DNA from: a plasmid
Strand: one strand, 5' to 3'
Sequence record: NZ_CP041047.1
Length of the DNA: 64,000 nt
In this document: piece by piece, positions 1 to 12,056 of the stretch
Layout of the letters: every line of letters begins with the position of its first letter
Numbering within the stretch: the first letter of the stretch is position 1
Translations under genes and position numbers: made by a program
The notes under the pieces: model-generated
What the model saw: the letters and a program-made list of their open reading frames with translations, nothing else
Databases searched by the model: none
Told to the model about the DNA's origin: nothing

Positions 1-550
1 GGCAAGCTTCAATCTGTTCAATATTCTCGTATACGTCACTTTCGTCGTGGTAATCAGGATTGAACCAGTCTCCAGCTGACTCTATAAATGACTCGCCTTT
101 CTTTGTCGCTTCACTCCTGATCTCCACATCACTGAACTGCGACAGCAAACGTTCCTGCGCTTGTTCAGCGTAAAAAAGATGCGGGTTAAGCACCCACGGT
201 CGGTCAATTGCCGCAAAGAAAAAGATGTTCCATCTCGGGTCGATAATTTCTTTTTCAGCATCAACAGCTGGCGCTGATACACTGCGGTTTGATTGTTTTT
301 TTCTACCCATACCACTATCCAAATTAAAAACAGACGAAAAAAAACCGTCCAGCTGGACGGTTAATATCAAAATATCCTTCAGAAGTCTGACACGGGTCAG
401 GCGCTAACCCGGGCAGTCGCTACTCACTAATTAAACCCCGCATAGGGGAAAACAATATTTTGATACTCCGACAACGCACCCCGCGATGGGGGAAGGTATG
501 TCAGGCCAGTCTAACAAACCCAAAGCTCGTTGCAACCGCCAATCAGTGAC

Positions 551-925
551 TTAATCCTGGCAATCCTGATCATCAGTTTCAGTTCCGCAACTTAAGTAAT
601 CCATATTTAAAAACATTTTGTTCCCCGAGCCTGCCAATGCAGACAGACCTGAGATTTTACAGATCACGACAATCGACGGTACGCGTTTATAAATCTCGAT
701 TTCGCTTTCCCAACTTGACGCAAGATACCTTTCAAGCTGAAGTTCAGGGGTTACATCAACAGGTTGAATTCTGACCACAAAACCGTCTTTTCGCCCCTCA
801 TTGCGAAGAGATGTTAGCTGTTTTATCTCTGCATCGTTGAGTGTGGAAAATTTACGGCCATTAAGAATATGAGAGCAAAAATTGAAGCCAGTGATATGAG
901 ATGAGCCACCAGTTATCGATTCCAA
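551..925 (-). CDS. hypothetical protein (124 aa)
   Basis: ORF track only; no recognisable motif; lies just outside the IS21 end. Confidence 0.3.
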   Translation of the reverse strand: MESITGGSSHITGFNFCSHILNGRKFSTLNDAEIKQLTSLRNEGRKDGFVVRIQPVDVTPELQLERYLASSWESEIEIYKRVPSIVVICKISGLSALAGSGNKMFLNMDYLSCGTETDDQDCQD

Positions 926-1130
926 AATGCTTGCATATTAGCTATCTGGGGGTTAGGCTCGCCTGTTTGCGGAGTGGATTCACATAATTCAAGGAGTCTT
1001 TCCAATTCCGATTTGGAATCACCCATACCCAATTCATTGCAAGGAAAAACATTGTGATTATTATTCATGAAAACTTGTCAACGCCAAGATTTATGGCCGT
1101 TTTTCGCCATTTTTAATGTCCGCTATTTGA

Positions 1131-3100
<1,970 letters not shown>

Positions 3101-3226
3101 GTCGATGTCCTTTCTGGTGTGAGAACCTCAAGGAAACAACATGTTGGGTGGAGCGGACAATTCAAATGGTGAATTACCGTCTTATATCATTGGCGCTAAC
3201 AAACTCCGTAGCATTAGATTTGAAGG

Positions 3227-3625
3227 CTAGTTTTCAACACTATGGGATCCCGAAATAAGTTCTCCCCCCCGCTCCCGGTAAGCTTTCGTTAATACCGCAT
3301 AACTTTCTGAATTAACATGCTCATCAACCCCCGAACAAATCAGCCGGTTCGTCGGTGCTTCAAAAGCGTGGCGTTCGTATTTTTCGACCACGCGACAATC
3401 TTCCGACCATCTCTTGCCGAGCAACAAATCATTTGTGGTAATTGATGGAAACATCATCAATGCAAAAATTCCCCCAAGACAGCCTATTGGCACGAGCCAC
3501 ATGCAAACGATCTTGTTTTCGGAGCGTACAAATTTCAACCCGATGGTAGCGCCTATGATAGTCACGACAAATACCACCAGCAGAATTTTTAAGGGTAAAA
3601 TCAGATCTGCGGCATAAATTAGCAT
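3227..3625 (-). CDS. hypothetical membrane protein (132 aa)
   Basis: two hydrophobic N-terminal segments; ORF track. Confidence 0.4.
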   Translation of the reverse strand: MLIYAADLILPLKILLVVFVVTIIGATIGLKFVRSENKIVCMWLVPIGCLGGIFALMMFPSITTNDLLLGKRWSEDCRVVEKYERHAFEAPTNRLICSGVDEHVNSESYAVLTKAYRERGGELISGSHSVEN

Positions 3626-3646
3626 TAATCATATCTCCTTAACTTT

Positions 3647-3964
3647 TCAATATTTGGTTCCTTCAAAAAGCCATCCATACTTTCCTTCATCTGGATGATC
3701 TGTCTTGTAGTTTATCTGGCAAGTGGTGAACTGACGCATCCATTCTCGTGACCTAAAAAATTTCCCACGAGGAAGTTTATCGCCAGGTAAGCATTGTTCA
3801 GCCCATTCGACAAAAGCAGGACAAACCCCCTTAAAGTGAGGAATAACAACTTGCGTGGCTTCTTTACGCATTACTGCTGACTGAATGGTTTTGGGATCAA
3901 TCGTCATGGCTTCACAGGCTAACCCGACTTCACAAACATTTCTATTCTGCTGATGTTCTGTCAT
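3647..3964 (-). CDS. hypothetical protein (105 aa)
   Basis: ORF track; tightly spaced with neighbouring genes on the same strand. Confidence 0.35.
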   Translation of the reverse strand: MTEHQQNRNVCEVGLACEAMTIDPKTIQSAVMRKEATQVVIPHFKGVCPAFVEWAEQCLPGDKLPRGKFFRSREWMRQFTTCQINYKTDHPDEGKYGWLFEGTKY

Positions 3965-4051
3965 AGCGCCTTCCAGTTGAAGTTAAGTAGGGTCAGTTTG
4001 GATTTGAAAATTGTTGTACGGTAAGCCTGTTCTTGAACCTGCTTCGTGATC

Positions 4052-4537
4052 TTATGCCCGTTTGATGGCCACGGACTGACGCAAAAGTGCAAGAACGTCA
4101 CTGACACTCATATCCCACGCATCCGCCTGCCGTTTCAGAATAAATGCCCCTACTTCCATTCTTTGGGCATGGTTCAACATATGCGTCAGCATATCCCCAC
4201 CATGAGAAAAGTTTATCCCGCAGCCGGATGCACCATTGTTGATGAGCGTAAAACCTTTGTTTTTATCGGTTCCGTGAAAGTTTGCCCTCATCTCCTTTTC
4301 CAGCCCGAACAATACCGCGCAACATTGAGTTAATTCATAGCGATTCAGCTGGATGACGCGCTTAAGCTCCCATTGGGCTTCTTTTGCGCCATCAGCAATC
4401 GGAGCCATAGTGATGTTCACCGTGGGAAACGCATCCTTACCAGGCGAAACCACATATTGAAAATCAAGAGCAGTACGTTTTGCGCCCGTTTGCCGGTCTG
4501 CATAAAGCTTCAGCTGCTTACCAAATGTCGAAGTCAT
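4052..4537 (-). CDS. hypothetical protein (161 aa)
   Basis: ORF track; codon usage consistent with neighbours. Confidence 0.4.
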   Translation of the reverse strand: MTSTFGKQLKLYADRQTGAKRTALDFQYVVSPGKDAFPTVNITMAPIADGAKEAQWELKRVIQLNRYELTQCCAVLFGLEKEMRANFHGTDKNKGFTLINNGASGCGINFSHGGDMLTHMLNHAQRMEVGAFILKRQADAWDMSVSDVLALLRQSVAIKRA

Positions 4538-4609
4538 AACTATCCTCCAGAACTTAATTTACCCTGGTCATTCCAGCCGACAAAAGATTGTCGGGTTGTT
4601 TTCTACAGG

Positions 4610-4670
4610 CCTTCCCTCTCAATCCCACCGGGTATATTTTCCCCTTCCCTCTCGTTCCCACCGGCGATAA
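4610..4670. repeat. iteron-like direct repeats CCTTCCCTCTC(N)CCCACCGG, two copies (a related inverted copy lies near 4885)
   Basis: the ~22-bp unit is repeated here and again at 6140-6250, flanking the rep paralog on both sides. Confidence 0.45.
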
Positions 4671-4947
4671 AAACTGTGCAGATTAAAAAAGTATCTTTTT
4701 GGGATTAGGCGAACAGCAGTAATTATAAAGAGGAGTGTTATTTTCTTTATTTTTCATGGTAATACAAGTTGTATTCAATAGAGGCCTGACGCGCCCCATC
4801 AGCTTTTCAGATGTAAATGGGACTATTTATCCTTTAGCGACTACAAAATCACGGGTGGGTTTGAGAGGGAAACGTCAACTTAGTGTTTTTGACCGGTGGG
4901 AATGAGACAGCACATTCCCGGAACCGGGCAAAAAGACGTTTCAAACA

Positions 4948-5814
4948 TCAGGAACCTGTTAGTTTGGGATTCCGATCCGTGATCTGAATGGTGGGTACGC
5001 TGGTGTCCACCAGGTAGTAAAATTTCAGGTAACCGATGCTGGCAAGCACATCGAGAGCAGTTCGCATTTTCCGGTTCTGTTCGGCAATGCGCCCATTGAG
5101 CAGTAAACGCTGTCGAAGTCTGTCAAAGGTGATCGGGGCTGGATGTTGAGGTAGCGCTTCAAAAAATGTATAGAGCGCCTGAGCCGTTTCATTCCTGGTA
5201 AGTAGCTCCAGGGGTTTCTTCCGCAACAGAGTAAGATGATCTGAACGGTACAAATCCCAGAGTCGTTCGTCGGCTTCCAGGATGATGTAATCACTTTCAC
5301 CATCAAATTCCGCCTCTTTCAGCAACCCGGCTACTTTGAACTTGGTGATCCCCGGGTTCTTCTCAAACCGAATGCTTTTTGAGCGAATCTTCGTCAACGA
5401 ATCGGCTATCTCATTGCGCAGTTTCGTGCTGTAGCGTTTTGATGGGTAGCCGCAGAGTTTGGCAAATTCACTAAAGGGCATTTTAATCCGGTTACCTTTC
5501 AGCGCATCAGGCGATACGCTGAAGGAATGGACGATTGCTGTCCAGCACCGGAAGTCCTGGAAATAATTCAGCATCGGGCCGGTGATCTTTATGTCCGTGT
5601 ACCCTTCCTGTTTTGCAATTTCCAGACTGGATAGCGCTTCCGTCACGTTTAGCGTGACCGTTGCCTCTGTTCGGCAACTGGGAGTAAAAACGCCCAGGCG
5701 GAGCAGTGATACAGGTTGTACTGATGAATTTTTTGTCACCGTCAGCTTTCCAGTCGACGGCTGATTGAAGTCGGGAATAGCGTCCTTGAAAAGAAGAACT
5801 TCATTCGAGTTCAT
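4948..5814 (-). CDS. RepFIB-family replication initiator paralog (288 aa)
   Basis: Shares conserved blocks with the RepA at 7561-8679 (LLRLGVFTPS vs ALMRLGLFVPSP; AQALYTFFEALP...ASIGYL vs AQALYTFIESLP...ASIGYLQY). Flanked by its own CCCACCG-type repeats. Confidence 0.7.
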   Translation of the reverse strand: MNSNEVLLFKDAIPDFNQPSTGKLTVTKNSSVQPVSLLRLGVFTPSCRTEATVTLNVTEALSSLEIAKQEGYTDIKITGPMLNYFQDFRCWTAIVHSFSVSPDALKGNRIKMPFSEFAKLCGYPSKRYSTKLRNEIADSLTKIRSKSIRFEKNPGITKFKVAGLLKEAEFDGESDYIILEADERLWDLYRSDHLTLLRKKPLELLTRNETAQALYTFFEALPQHPAPITFDRLRQRLLLNGRIAEQNRKMRTALDVLASIGYLKFYYLVDTSVPTIQITDRNPKLTGS

Positions 5815-6139
5815 CGTGTGGATCCCCCAGTTTTATTGTTATTTTCCGGGTATCTTGGAATGCCCAGTCCGGGCGAATGTATCACGGTGATTTTTATTGA
5901 TCATGAGAAATAGGGGTCATTTAGTCCCCATTTATCGGGTATTGGTTTTTATTTGTACTAAATCAATACGTTATTTCAGAGATGAATCGGATAAATGTCG
6001 TTGACATCAAATTTTTGATCTGCTGCCAGTGTGGACAAAAAATGAATACCGATCACCTATTTTTGAGATTTGTTACGTATGATTATGTTTTTATTTGATG
6101 TTTTCATTAGCACAGCAGATGTTGATAATTAAGTTCCTT

Positions 6140-6250
6140 TCCCCTTCCAATCCCACCGTTATTCCCTTTGAACACCACCAGCTACCAGGCTAACCCCACC
6201 GACAGCCCTTCAGAGCTCACTTTTTTCCCTCTCAACCCCACCGGGGCAGG
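6140..6250. repeat. iteron-like repeats (CCCACCG family) upstream of the rep paralog
   Basis: ccttccaatcccaccg and ttttttccctctcaaccccaccgg are related to the repeats at 4610-4670. Confidence 0.45.
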
Positions 6251-6386
6251 TCTTCAGAGCTTACCAGCTGCGGGTTTGCGGGAGCGGGGATCTTTTTGGT
6301 TCTATTTGGTCTTAATCTGGATCGATCTGTTGATCTACCCGGTGGATATGTGGATTAGTTGAGTCACGTCCTTGTTACTCGGTTGC

Positions 6387-6636
6387 TTAAATTTGGCCAC
6401 TACGAACTGTCTCAATACCACTCTGAACAACATCCCAGTTGATACCGATATCACCATCGTGAGTTCGGTCTATCAACGCTAAGGTCGACTCAGCTTCGCT
6501 AGCTGAAACCTGCGGCATGTTTCGGTCTATTGCTAACTCCTGAACATCAGACTTGTACCAGACACGGACTAGCACCTTTTCGTCAGGGTTCATTTTTTGC
6601 AGCTTTGCGATAATTTCTTTTGCAGTTGCGTACATG
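6387..6636 (-). CDS. small hypothetical protein (about 82 aa, start at internal Met MYATAKEII)
   Basis: The ORF track gives 6387-6764. The internal ATG at 6636 lies 53 bp below the conserved GTGACGAAG motif, as for the other backbone genes. Confidence 0.35.
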
Positions 6637-6688
6637 TGAGTGCCTCTTATCGTTTTGTTTACACAATCAGTAAAGCACCGAGTCAGTA

Positions 6689-6697
6689 GCTGACGAA
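6689..6697 (+). promoter_or_regulatory. conserved motif CTGACGAAG (backbone promoter-associated motif, copy 1)
   Basis: same motif and spacing as 14 other copies (see findings). Confidence 0.45.
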
Positions 6698-6718
6698 GGC
6701 AAAAAAGATACTTTTCCA

Positions 6719-7350
6719 CAGGACAGTTCCAATAAAGAGATCCCAAAGGTGCAACGGAGTACAAAAGAGATCCCTGTACGCTGCAAGCCGCATGGTTACT
6801 GGGCTCAAGGGCATTTTATGACAATGGTAATGACTTTTTTGACATTGGTAATGATTAAAATGACATTGGTAGTGACTATTTCGACGTTAGTAGTGAGTAT
6901 TTGTGACAATGGTAGTGAGTTTTATTGTGTGATCTGAAGGTATAACTCTTAAAGAGTTTTGAGTATATTTCTATTATAATTCATATAGATACCATCTATC
7001 ACCTGTATGATGAAACAAAATTATTAAAATCTTATCCACTGTTTTCTATACGCATTTTCCTTTCATGCCCGTACATATTTTCGACAATTTAGCTATTCGA
7101 TGTTGATTTAACTCGAAGAGAGAATTTATCCCCATTTTCCACAAGGTAGTTCCAATAATTAGTACCTTACGAGTTCCCATAGATCACAAGAGATCCCCGC
7201 AGCTCGGAAGCCAGACGGCACAAGGCCTGGAAGCCAATCGGTGACAACGGTAGTGATTATTTTGACATTGGTAGTGAGTTTTTTAACGGTAGTAGTGAGT
7301 TTTTTGACAACGGTAGTGATTGCGGCGACAATGGTAGTGATTTTTTAAAG
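6719..7350. repeat. RepFIB-type origin region upstream of repA: two ~215-bp duplicated blocks (6719-6935 and 7139-7350), each ending in 4-5 direct iterons of type TGACAATGGTAGTGA
   Basis: direct repeats tgacaatggtaatgac / gacattggtagtgac / gacgttagtagtgag and so on; block-level duplication beginning ttccaca(a)gg(a/t)agttccaataa. Confidence 0.65.
7032..7040 (+). promoter_or_regulatory. DnaA-box-like sequence TTATCCACT (8/9 match to TTATCCACA)
   Basis: sequence match in the AT-rich stretch between the iteron blocks. Confidence 0.3.
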
Positions 7351-7560
7351 GATCTTTTTCACCGGAATTGATCCTTTGTTGATAAACTACGTATGTATTT
7401 GTTTTTATGTGAATTTCAGAGTTTTATATTTAGTCGTGGCGTTTTTTTAGCCTGGACTTATGCACAATCTGAGATCGTCGCAGAGATCCCTTAAGTGACA
7501 CTGAGGGCTTTGGGCGATAGTATTCAATAATCTGTTGATTAATACAGTCGATAAACCACT

Positions 7561-8679
7561 ATGACCAATGAGAAAGATTCTGAGCAGCAAGGCCAGATGG
7601 TTACCAGGGCTTTCTCTGTAACAGAGAGAGAGACAGGTAAAGAAATTATTTTACGTCCTAATAGCAGCAGGACGGTTCAGTCTATCGCGCTCATGCGCCT
7701 TGGGTTGTTTGTGCCATCACCAAAAAGCGTTGGCCGTCAGAGTCGTGAATACAAAACTGTTGGCTTTGATGCCACGAAAGAACTACAGACACTTTCTTTG
7801 ATGGAGAGCGAGGGTTTCACCAATATCTCGATCGTGGGTCAGCGCCTCGATATGTCTGTTGACTTCAAAACGTGGATGGGAATCATCCGAACGCTAGCTA
7901 ACCATCCGATTGATAACGATAAGATCAGCCTCAAATTTACTGAGTTTCTGAAGCTCTGTAACCCTGAAAATTATCGTTCCTCTACCGCATCCCGTAAGCG
8001 TATCGACGCGTCGTTACGCAGGCTGGCATCCGTGATGTTGTCCTTCACCAGCACCCACTCGTCAAAGGTGTATACGACGCACCTGGTGCAGTCTGCCTTG
8101 CTTGACCCGGACTCTGATCAGGTAGAGCTACAGATAGACCCTAAGATATTCGAGTTGTATCAGTACGACCACAAGGTTTTGATGCAGCTGAAGGCTATCA
8201 AGGAACTGGCGAAAAAAGAGAGCGCACAGGCGCTTTACACGTTCATTGAGTCACTTCCACCAAATCCAATCCCGATCTCCTTAACGAGACTTAAGAACCG
8301 ATTAAATCTTAAGACCCGTGCCAACAGCCAGAACGCCACAGTACGTAAGGCATTGGAGGAGCTGGCATCCATTGGTTACCTTCAGTACACCGAAGTAAAA
8401 AAAGATGGGAAGGTTTATTTCCAGATCCACAAACGCGATCCTGATTTGAATCTGAACAATATCCAACCACCACCTGATGGTGATGGCGAGGGTGATGCTG
8501 ATGAGGAGAACAATGGCACGTCGGGTAAAAATAATGGTGAGCCACTGGAAGGTGAATTGTGCCCACCAGATGAGCCCATTGATGGGGATGAAACGTTAAC
8601 CATCCATGACTTAACAGCTGAAGAACTTCACTACATTCGCAGCCTTAGAAGCCAGAAAAAGAACAATCCCGCCAGCTAG
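7561..8679 (+). CDS. repA: RepFIB-type replication initiator RepA (372 aa) with acidic C-terminal tail
   Basis: Iteron arrays on both sides; recalled similarity to the RepFIB/P307-type RepA family; Asp/Glu-rich C-terminus. Confidence 0.8.
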   Translation: MTNEKDSEQQGQMVTRAFSVTERETGKEIILRPNSSRTVQSIALMRLGLFVPSPKSVGRQSREYKTVGFDATKELQTLSLMESEGFTNISIVGQRLDMSVDFKTWMGIIRTLANHPIDNDKISLKFTEFLKLCNPENYRSSTASRKRIDASLRRLASVMLSFTSTHSSKVYTTHLVQSALLDPDSDQVELQIDPKIFELYQYDHKVLMQLKAIKELAKKESAQALYTFIESLPPNPIPISLTRLKNRLNLKTRANSQNATVRKALEELASIGYLQYTEVKKDGKVYFQIHKRDPDLNLNNIQPPPDGDGEGDADEENNGTSGKNNGEPLEGELCPPDEPIDGDETLTIHDLTAEELHYIRSLRSQKKNNPAS

Positions 8680-8749
8680 CATTCCCTCCGGGCTGTCAGA
8701 TGACGGCCTGGAACCCTCCCTCCCTGCACATCGTCAGAGAATCCTGTTT

Positions 8750-10210
8750 AGCTTAATGACAACGGTATTGAGTGACGCGGTCACTACTGTTGTCATTGCG
8801 GGGTGACCACTCATGACAATGGTAATGAGACTAGATAGCTCACTACTGTTGTCATCATCGACATCTCTCCAGACCAGCTTCTCAGGGAAGGTCTTACACC
8901 GCTCACTACCATTGTCGGAATCGCCGGTACAGACAAATCGCTGATACCCATGACACCATGACATCGGCAATGAGTCTTGGCAGCTCACTGCTGTTGTCAT
9001 CATCGACAACTCTCCAGAGCAGCTTCTCGGAGAAGACCTCATACCGCTCACTACCATTGTCGGCATCGTCAGTACGGATTTATCGCTGATTCCCATGACA
9101 CAATGACAACGGTAATGAGTGATTTGACTCACTACCGCTGTCATTTGCTCCCGGCGCATTTGAATGACCACTGTATTGACTAAGAATACTCACTACCGTT
9201 GTCATTCATGATTCAGACCAAGTTCTTACTGCTCCACCAGCACAATGACAACGGAAATGAGTTCTGTTGGTCATTACCGTTGTCATATGCATTCCAGGTT
9301 AATCAGGCCTTTCAGGTAGCTATGGTAAGGATTCACTCGCCGTACTGTCTGCTCGTACTTGAGGGGCGGGATGAATGACCGTGGTAGTGACCGCGTCACT
9401 CCCTGTCGTTGTCGTTGTATGAATACATGGCCTGTCGGTGACAATGGAAATGAGTCCAACCGCTGTCGTAGCTAACCTGATTGGTCAATGACAATGGATG
9501 TGATTTTTTCAAGTCTCTACCATTGTCATCGTTTCCAAGTACATTTCAGTGGGGTCGTTCCGGCGATGACGAATCAAGTGAGTGCGGGATCACAACCATT
9601 GTCGAGGCACAACTTGCCGGTTGTAGCCATACCGAACGCTGCGACAACGATAGTGATCTCGATCACTCATTACCGTTGTCACCAGGCGGATGGTGAAGCA
9701 CCAGAATCACTACTGTTGTCATCTAACATTCTGCTACCCATGCAACCAATGACGATGGTAGTGAGCAACGCCGTCTACTTGCTGTATATAGGGATAGTAT
9801 GATGAGCCATAACAATGGTAATGACTCACTACCATTGTCATAGTTCCTGTACTTGATTGCCGGTAACCAGACAAGGGTTAACCATTAAGTCACTACCGTT
9901 GTCATTACAGAAAGGTACTTTCCTTAATTGTCATTACCGTTGTCGACCATGCACCCTCTTACCAGTAGTAACGGTTCGTTAATTATGTGAAGGTGATCAT
10001 TACCATTGTCACTGGTTACACTCCCGGCAGATTCAAAAATCGAGTGACAATGGATGTGAGTTCGATGCGCAGGACGGCATCTCAGTGCCGATGGCAATAG
10101 TTATGAGCTGACCAGACTGGTGACAACGATAATGAGCCAAGCATTGAAGCCCGTTTGCTACGACAACGGTAATGATTAGGCCTCACTACCGTTGTCAGAC
10201 ACGATGCTTA
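8750..10210. repeat. Extended iteron field downstream of repA: about 30 copies of GACAA(C/T)GGTA(A/G)TGAG in both orientations, spaced roughly every 30-60 bp
   Basis: The repeated motif is visible throughout (for example 8756, 8812, 9097, 9241, 9440, 9488, 9640, 9810, 10035, 10160 forward; 8783, 8840, 8902, 9045, 9128, 9190, 9270, 9668, 9705, 9888, 9928, 10180 reverse). ORFs called here are spurious. Confidence 0.75.
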
Positions 10211-10927
10211 CTTCGGCCAGGTAAGTTCATCCCACCGGGATTTTAACCAGGCAGGGTTTACAGGTTTTCTTGTCGGTAATATTGGCCGAGCTTCATACGC
10301 GATGAGATCGTCATCCTTAGCCAGGATAGTGGGGTGGAAATGGATTGTCAGGGTGCTGGGATTAATCACACACAGGCCGTTGTCGTATAACCGATGTATG
10401 TCTGCCCGAAGCCACAGGCCATTACTCCAGTGGTCAGAGCCCGCTTTATGATGCTCAATCAGATGTGCTGCTTCTCCCCTGCATTTTGTCTTCACACCGG
10501 TGACGACACACCGCTCCATGCAGTTGAAGTATACCCTGTCGCTGAATTTCTTCTGATCAGGACGGGACATCGCACCGTACCGGCGATATCCAAAGCGTTT
10601 TGGTGAGACTTTCTCATCCAGGTCATCGTCAAATGAATCCTGACTCTCAGGCCGGAAGGTCTTCAGACGAACTTCCCAGCGAATGCCGTCACGTGCAAAT
10701 TGCTGCCCTACGCGTGGGTCATCATCAGGCCAGATAGCTATTCCCTTAGCTTTAACAGCCAGCCGGAACTGGCGGGCATCAGCAGGGGTTCCCGTGCGGG
10801 TTAGTGTCATAAATTCATGGACACTCCGGTACTCCACTGGTTCTCCTGATGAGCCAGCAGGCCTGGCGAGAACCTTGTCTTTAATATCGCGGGCGAGTTT
10901 ATCGGTTTGATTTTTATCTGAAGCCAT
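10208..10927 (-). CDS. HNH endonuclease-domain protein (239 aa)
   Basis: HNH core CVVTG...AAHLIEH...NGLWLRADIHRLYDNGL; paralogous to the ORF at 49728-50570. Confidence 0.6.
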   Translation of the reverse strand: MASDKNQTDKLARDIKDKVLARPAGSSGEPVEYRSVHEFMTLTRTGTPADARQFRLAVKAKGIAIWPDDDPRVGQQFARDGIRWEVRLKTFRPESQDSFDDDLDEKVSPKRFGYRRYGAMSRPDQKKFSDRVYFNCMERCVVTGVKTKCRGEAAHLIEHHKAGSDHWSNGLWLRADIHRLYDNGLCVINPSTLTIHFHPTILAKDDDLIAYEARPILPTRKPVNPAWLKSRWDELTWPK

Positions 10928-10984
10928 GTGAGCTATGCCATACCGGAAGAGGGAGGCATGAATAATGGGCTGTTTTCCGAGGAT

Positions 10985-11040
10985 AAGCCATAGATACTCA
11001 CTACTGTTGTCATTCTTGTCGATGACAACAGTAGTGAGTC
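10985..11040. repeat. inverted pair of repA-type iterons (ctcactactgttgtcat ... atgacaacagtagtgag)
   Basis: near-perfect palindrome built from the iteron sequence. Confidence 0.55.
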
Positions 11041-11080
11041 TGGTTGGTATGCATCATGTCGAAATCGGAGCACCGGTGAC

Positions 11081-11506
11081 TTATCGAATAGTCTGAACTG
11101 ACTTGTAATGCGCTTGTGCAGGGTGGCCATAAGCCGTATTCGAGCGTGGAACTTCGAGGTGACCCGGCATCCATCCGGTCGTTTTTGCAACCCAGAAACA
11201 GCGTTCCTCACCGTCATCGGTAGTGACTCTAACACGACAACCTTCAAGCCCAATTAGTTGGGGGGAAAGATTACCGGGGCAGCATTTCCGGGAAGCGTTA
11301 GCATATACCTGCCCGCGCCGCATGAGTTCTGCACATTGTTCAAAATGTTCTTCTGTACCCAGTGCAGCTACTGGTGCTTCAACGTCCATCCAGTCAGCTA
11401 CGGCGGTTGCTTTTGTATGCAGGAGATCAAATCCGTAGCTTGATAGAATAGAGCCACATTTAAGAACATAGAGCTGCTGCTCTTTGTTAATGTTTTCGAG
11501 TTTCAT
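11081..11506 (-). CDS. hypothetical protein (141 aa)
   Basis: ORF track. Confidence 0.4.
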   Translation of the reverse strand: MKLENINKEQQLYVLKCGSILSSYGFDLLHTKATAVADWMDVEAPVAALGTEEHFEQCAELMRRGQVYANASRKCCPGNLSPQLIGLEGCRVRVTTDDGEERCFWVAKTTGWMPGHLEVPRSNTAYGHPAQAHYKSVQTIR

Positions 11507-11617
11507 AGCCGCTCCTGTTAGATTATCGTTGCCTGTTATTTAAAACATGGCTTTTCAGTAAATAAATAACCACACCTGCATGACGATTGGGACGCGATAA
11601 TAAATAACGAGTATCTA

Positions 11618-11920
11618 TTAGCTTTGAGTGCCGAAAAAACCACAATCCATAAGTTGCTCACCAACGGTATTGTCGAATAACATATCGTCTACTGAAACTT
11701 CATAGCTATTCTCTGATGAAAAATATCCAGCGTTATCATAGTCGACTTCTAAAGCGTCACCATCAATAACCACAACCTCAGTATTAACGAAAAGATCATC
11801 AAGGTCTGAAATAACCTCAATATCTTCACTCTGTTCATCGGTAATGACAATGACAACCATATCATCTTCAAACTCGGAAGCTGATACTTCATCATATCTT
11901 GCTGCAATTAAATCTGACAT
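11618..11920 (-). CDS. highly acidic small protein (100 aa; D+E over 30%), candidate DNA-mimic/anti-restriction-like
   Basis: composition only; the GTGACGAAG motif lies 57 bp upstream. Confidence 0.45.
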   Translation of the reverse strand: MSDLIAARYDEVSASEFEDDMVVIVITDEQSEDIEVISDLDDLFVNTEVVVIDGDALEVDYDNAGYFSSENSYEVSVDDMLFDNTVGEQLMDCGFFGTQS

Positions 11921-11976
11921 ATTAGCCTCCAGTTGAATGTGATTGCCTATATGTCTATATTACCACCCACATGCTT

Positions 11977-11985
11977 GTGACGAAG
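11977..11985 (+). promoter_or_regulatory. conserved motif GTGACGAAG (copy 2)
   Basis: 57 bp upstream of the 11920 start; followed on the coding strand by a TAATAT -10-like element. Confidence 0.45.
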
Positions 11986-12010
11986 TGATTTGGCTTATTT
12001 TTAATCGTTT

Positions 12011-12048
12011 AAAACAAAAAAGCCACCCCGGTTATTTCCTTGGTGGCT
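12011..12048 (-). terminator. intrinsic terminator (hairpin gccacc...ggtggc plus T-run on the minus strand)
   Basis: lies 9 bp past the stop of the 12057-12602 gene. Confidence 0.6.
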
Positions 12049-12056
12049 AATTGATA

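Noticed and set aside
8734-9802. ORF-track ORFs inside the repA downstream iteron field (8734-9171, 8977-9183, 9481-9696, 9488-9802)
   Set aside because: They are composed of tandem iteron repeats in both orientations, have His/Cys/Thr-rich low-complexity translations and no RBS. They are repeat artefacts.
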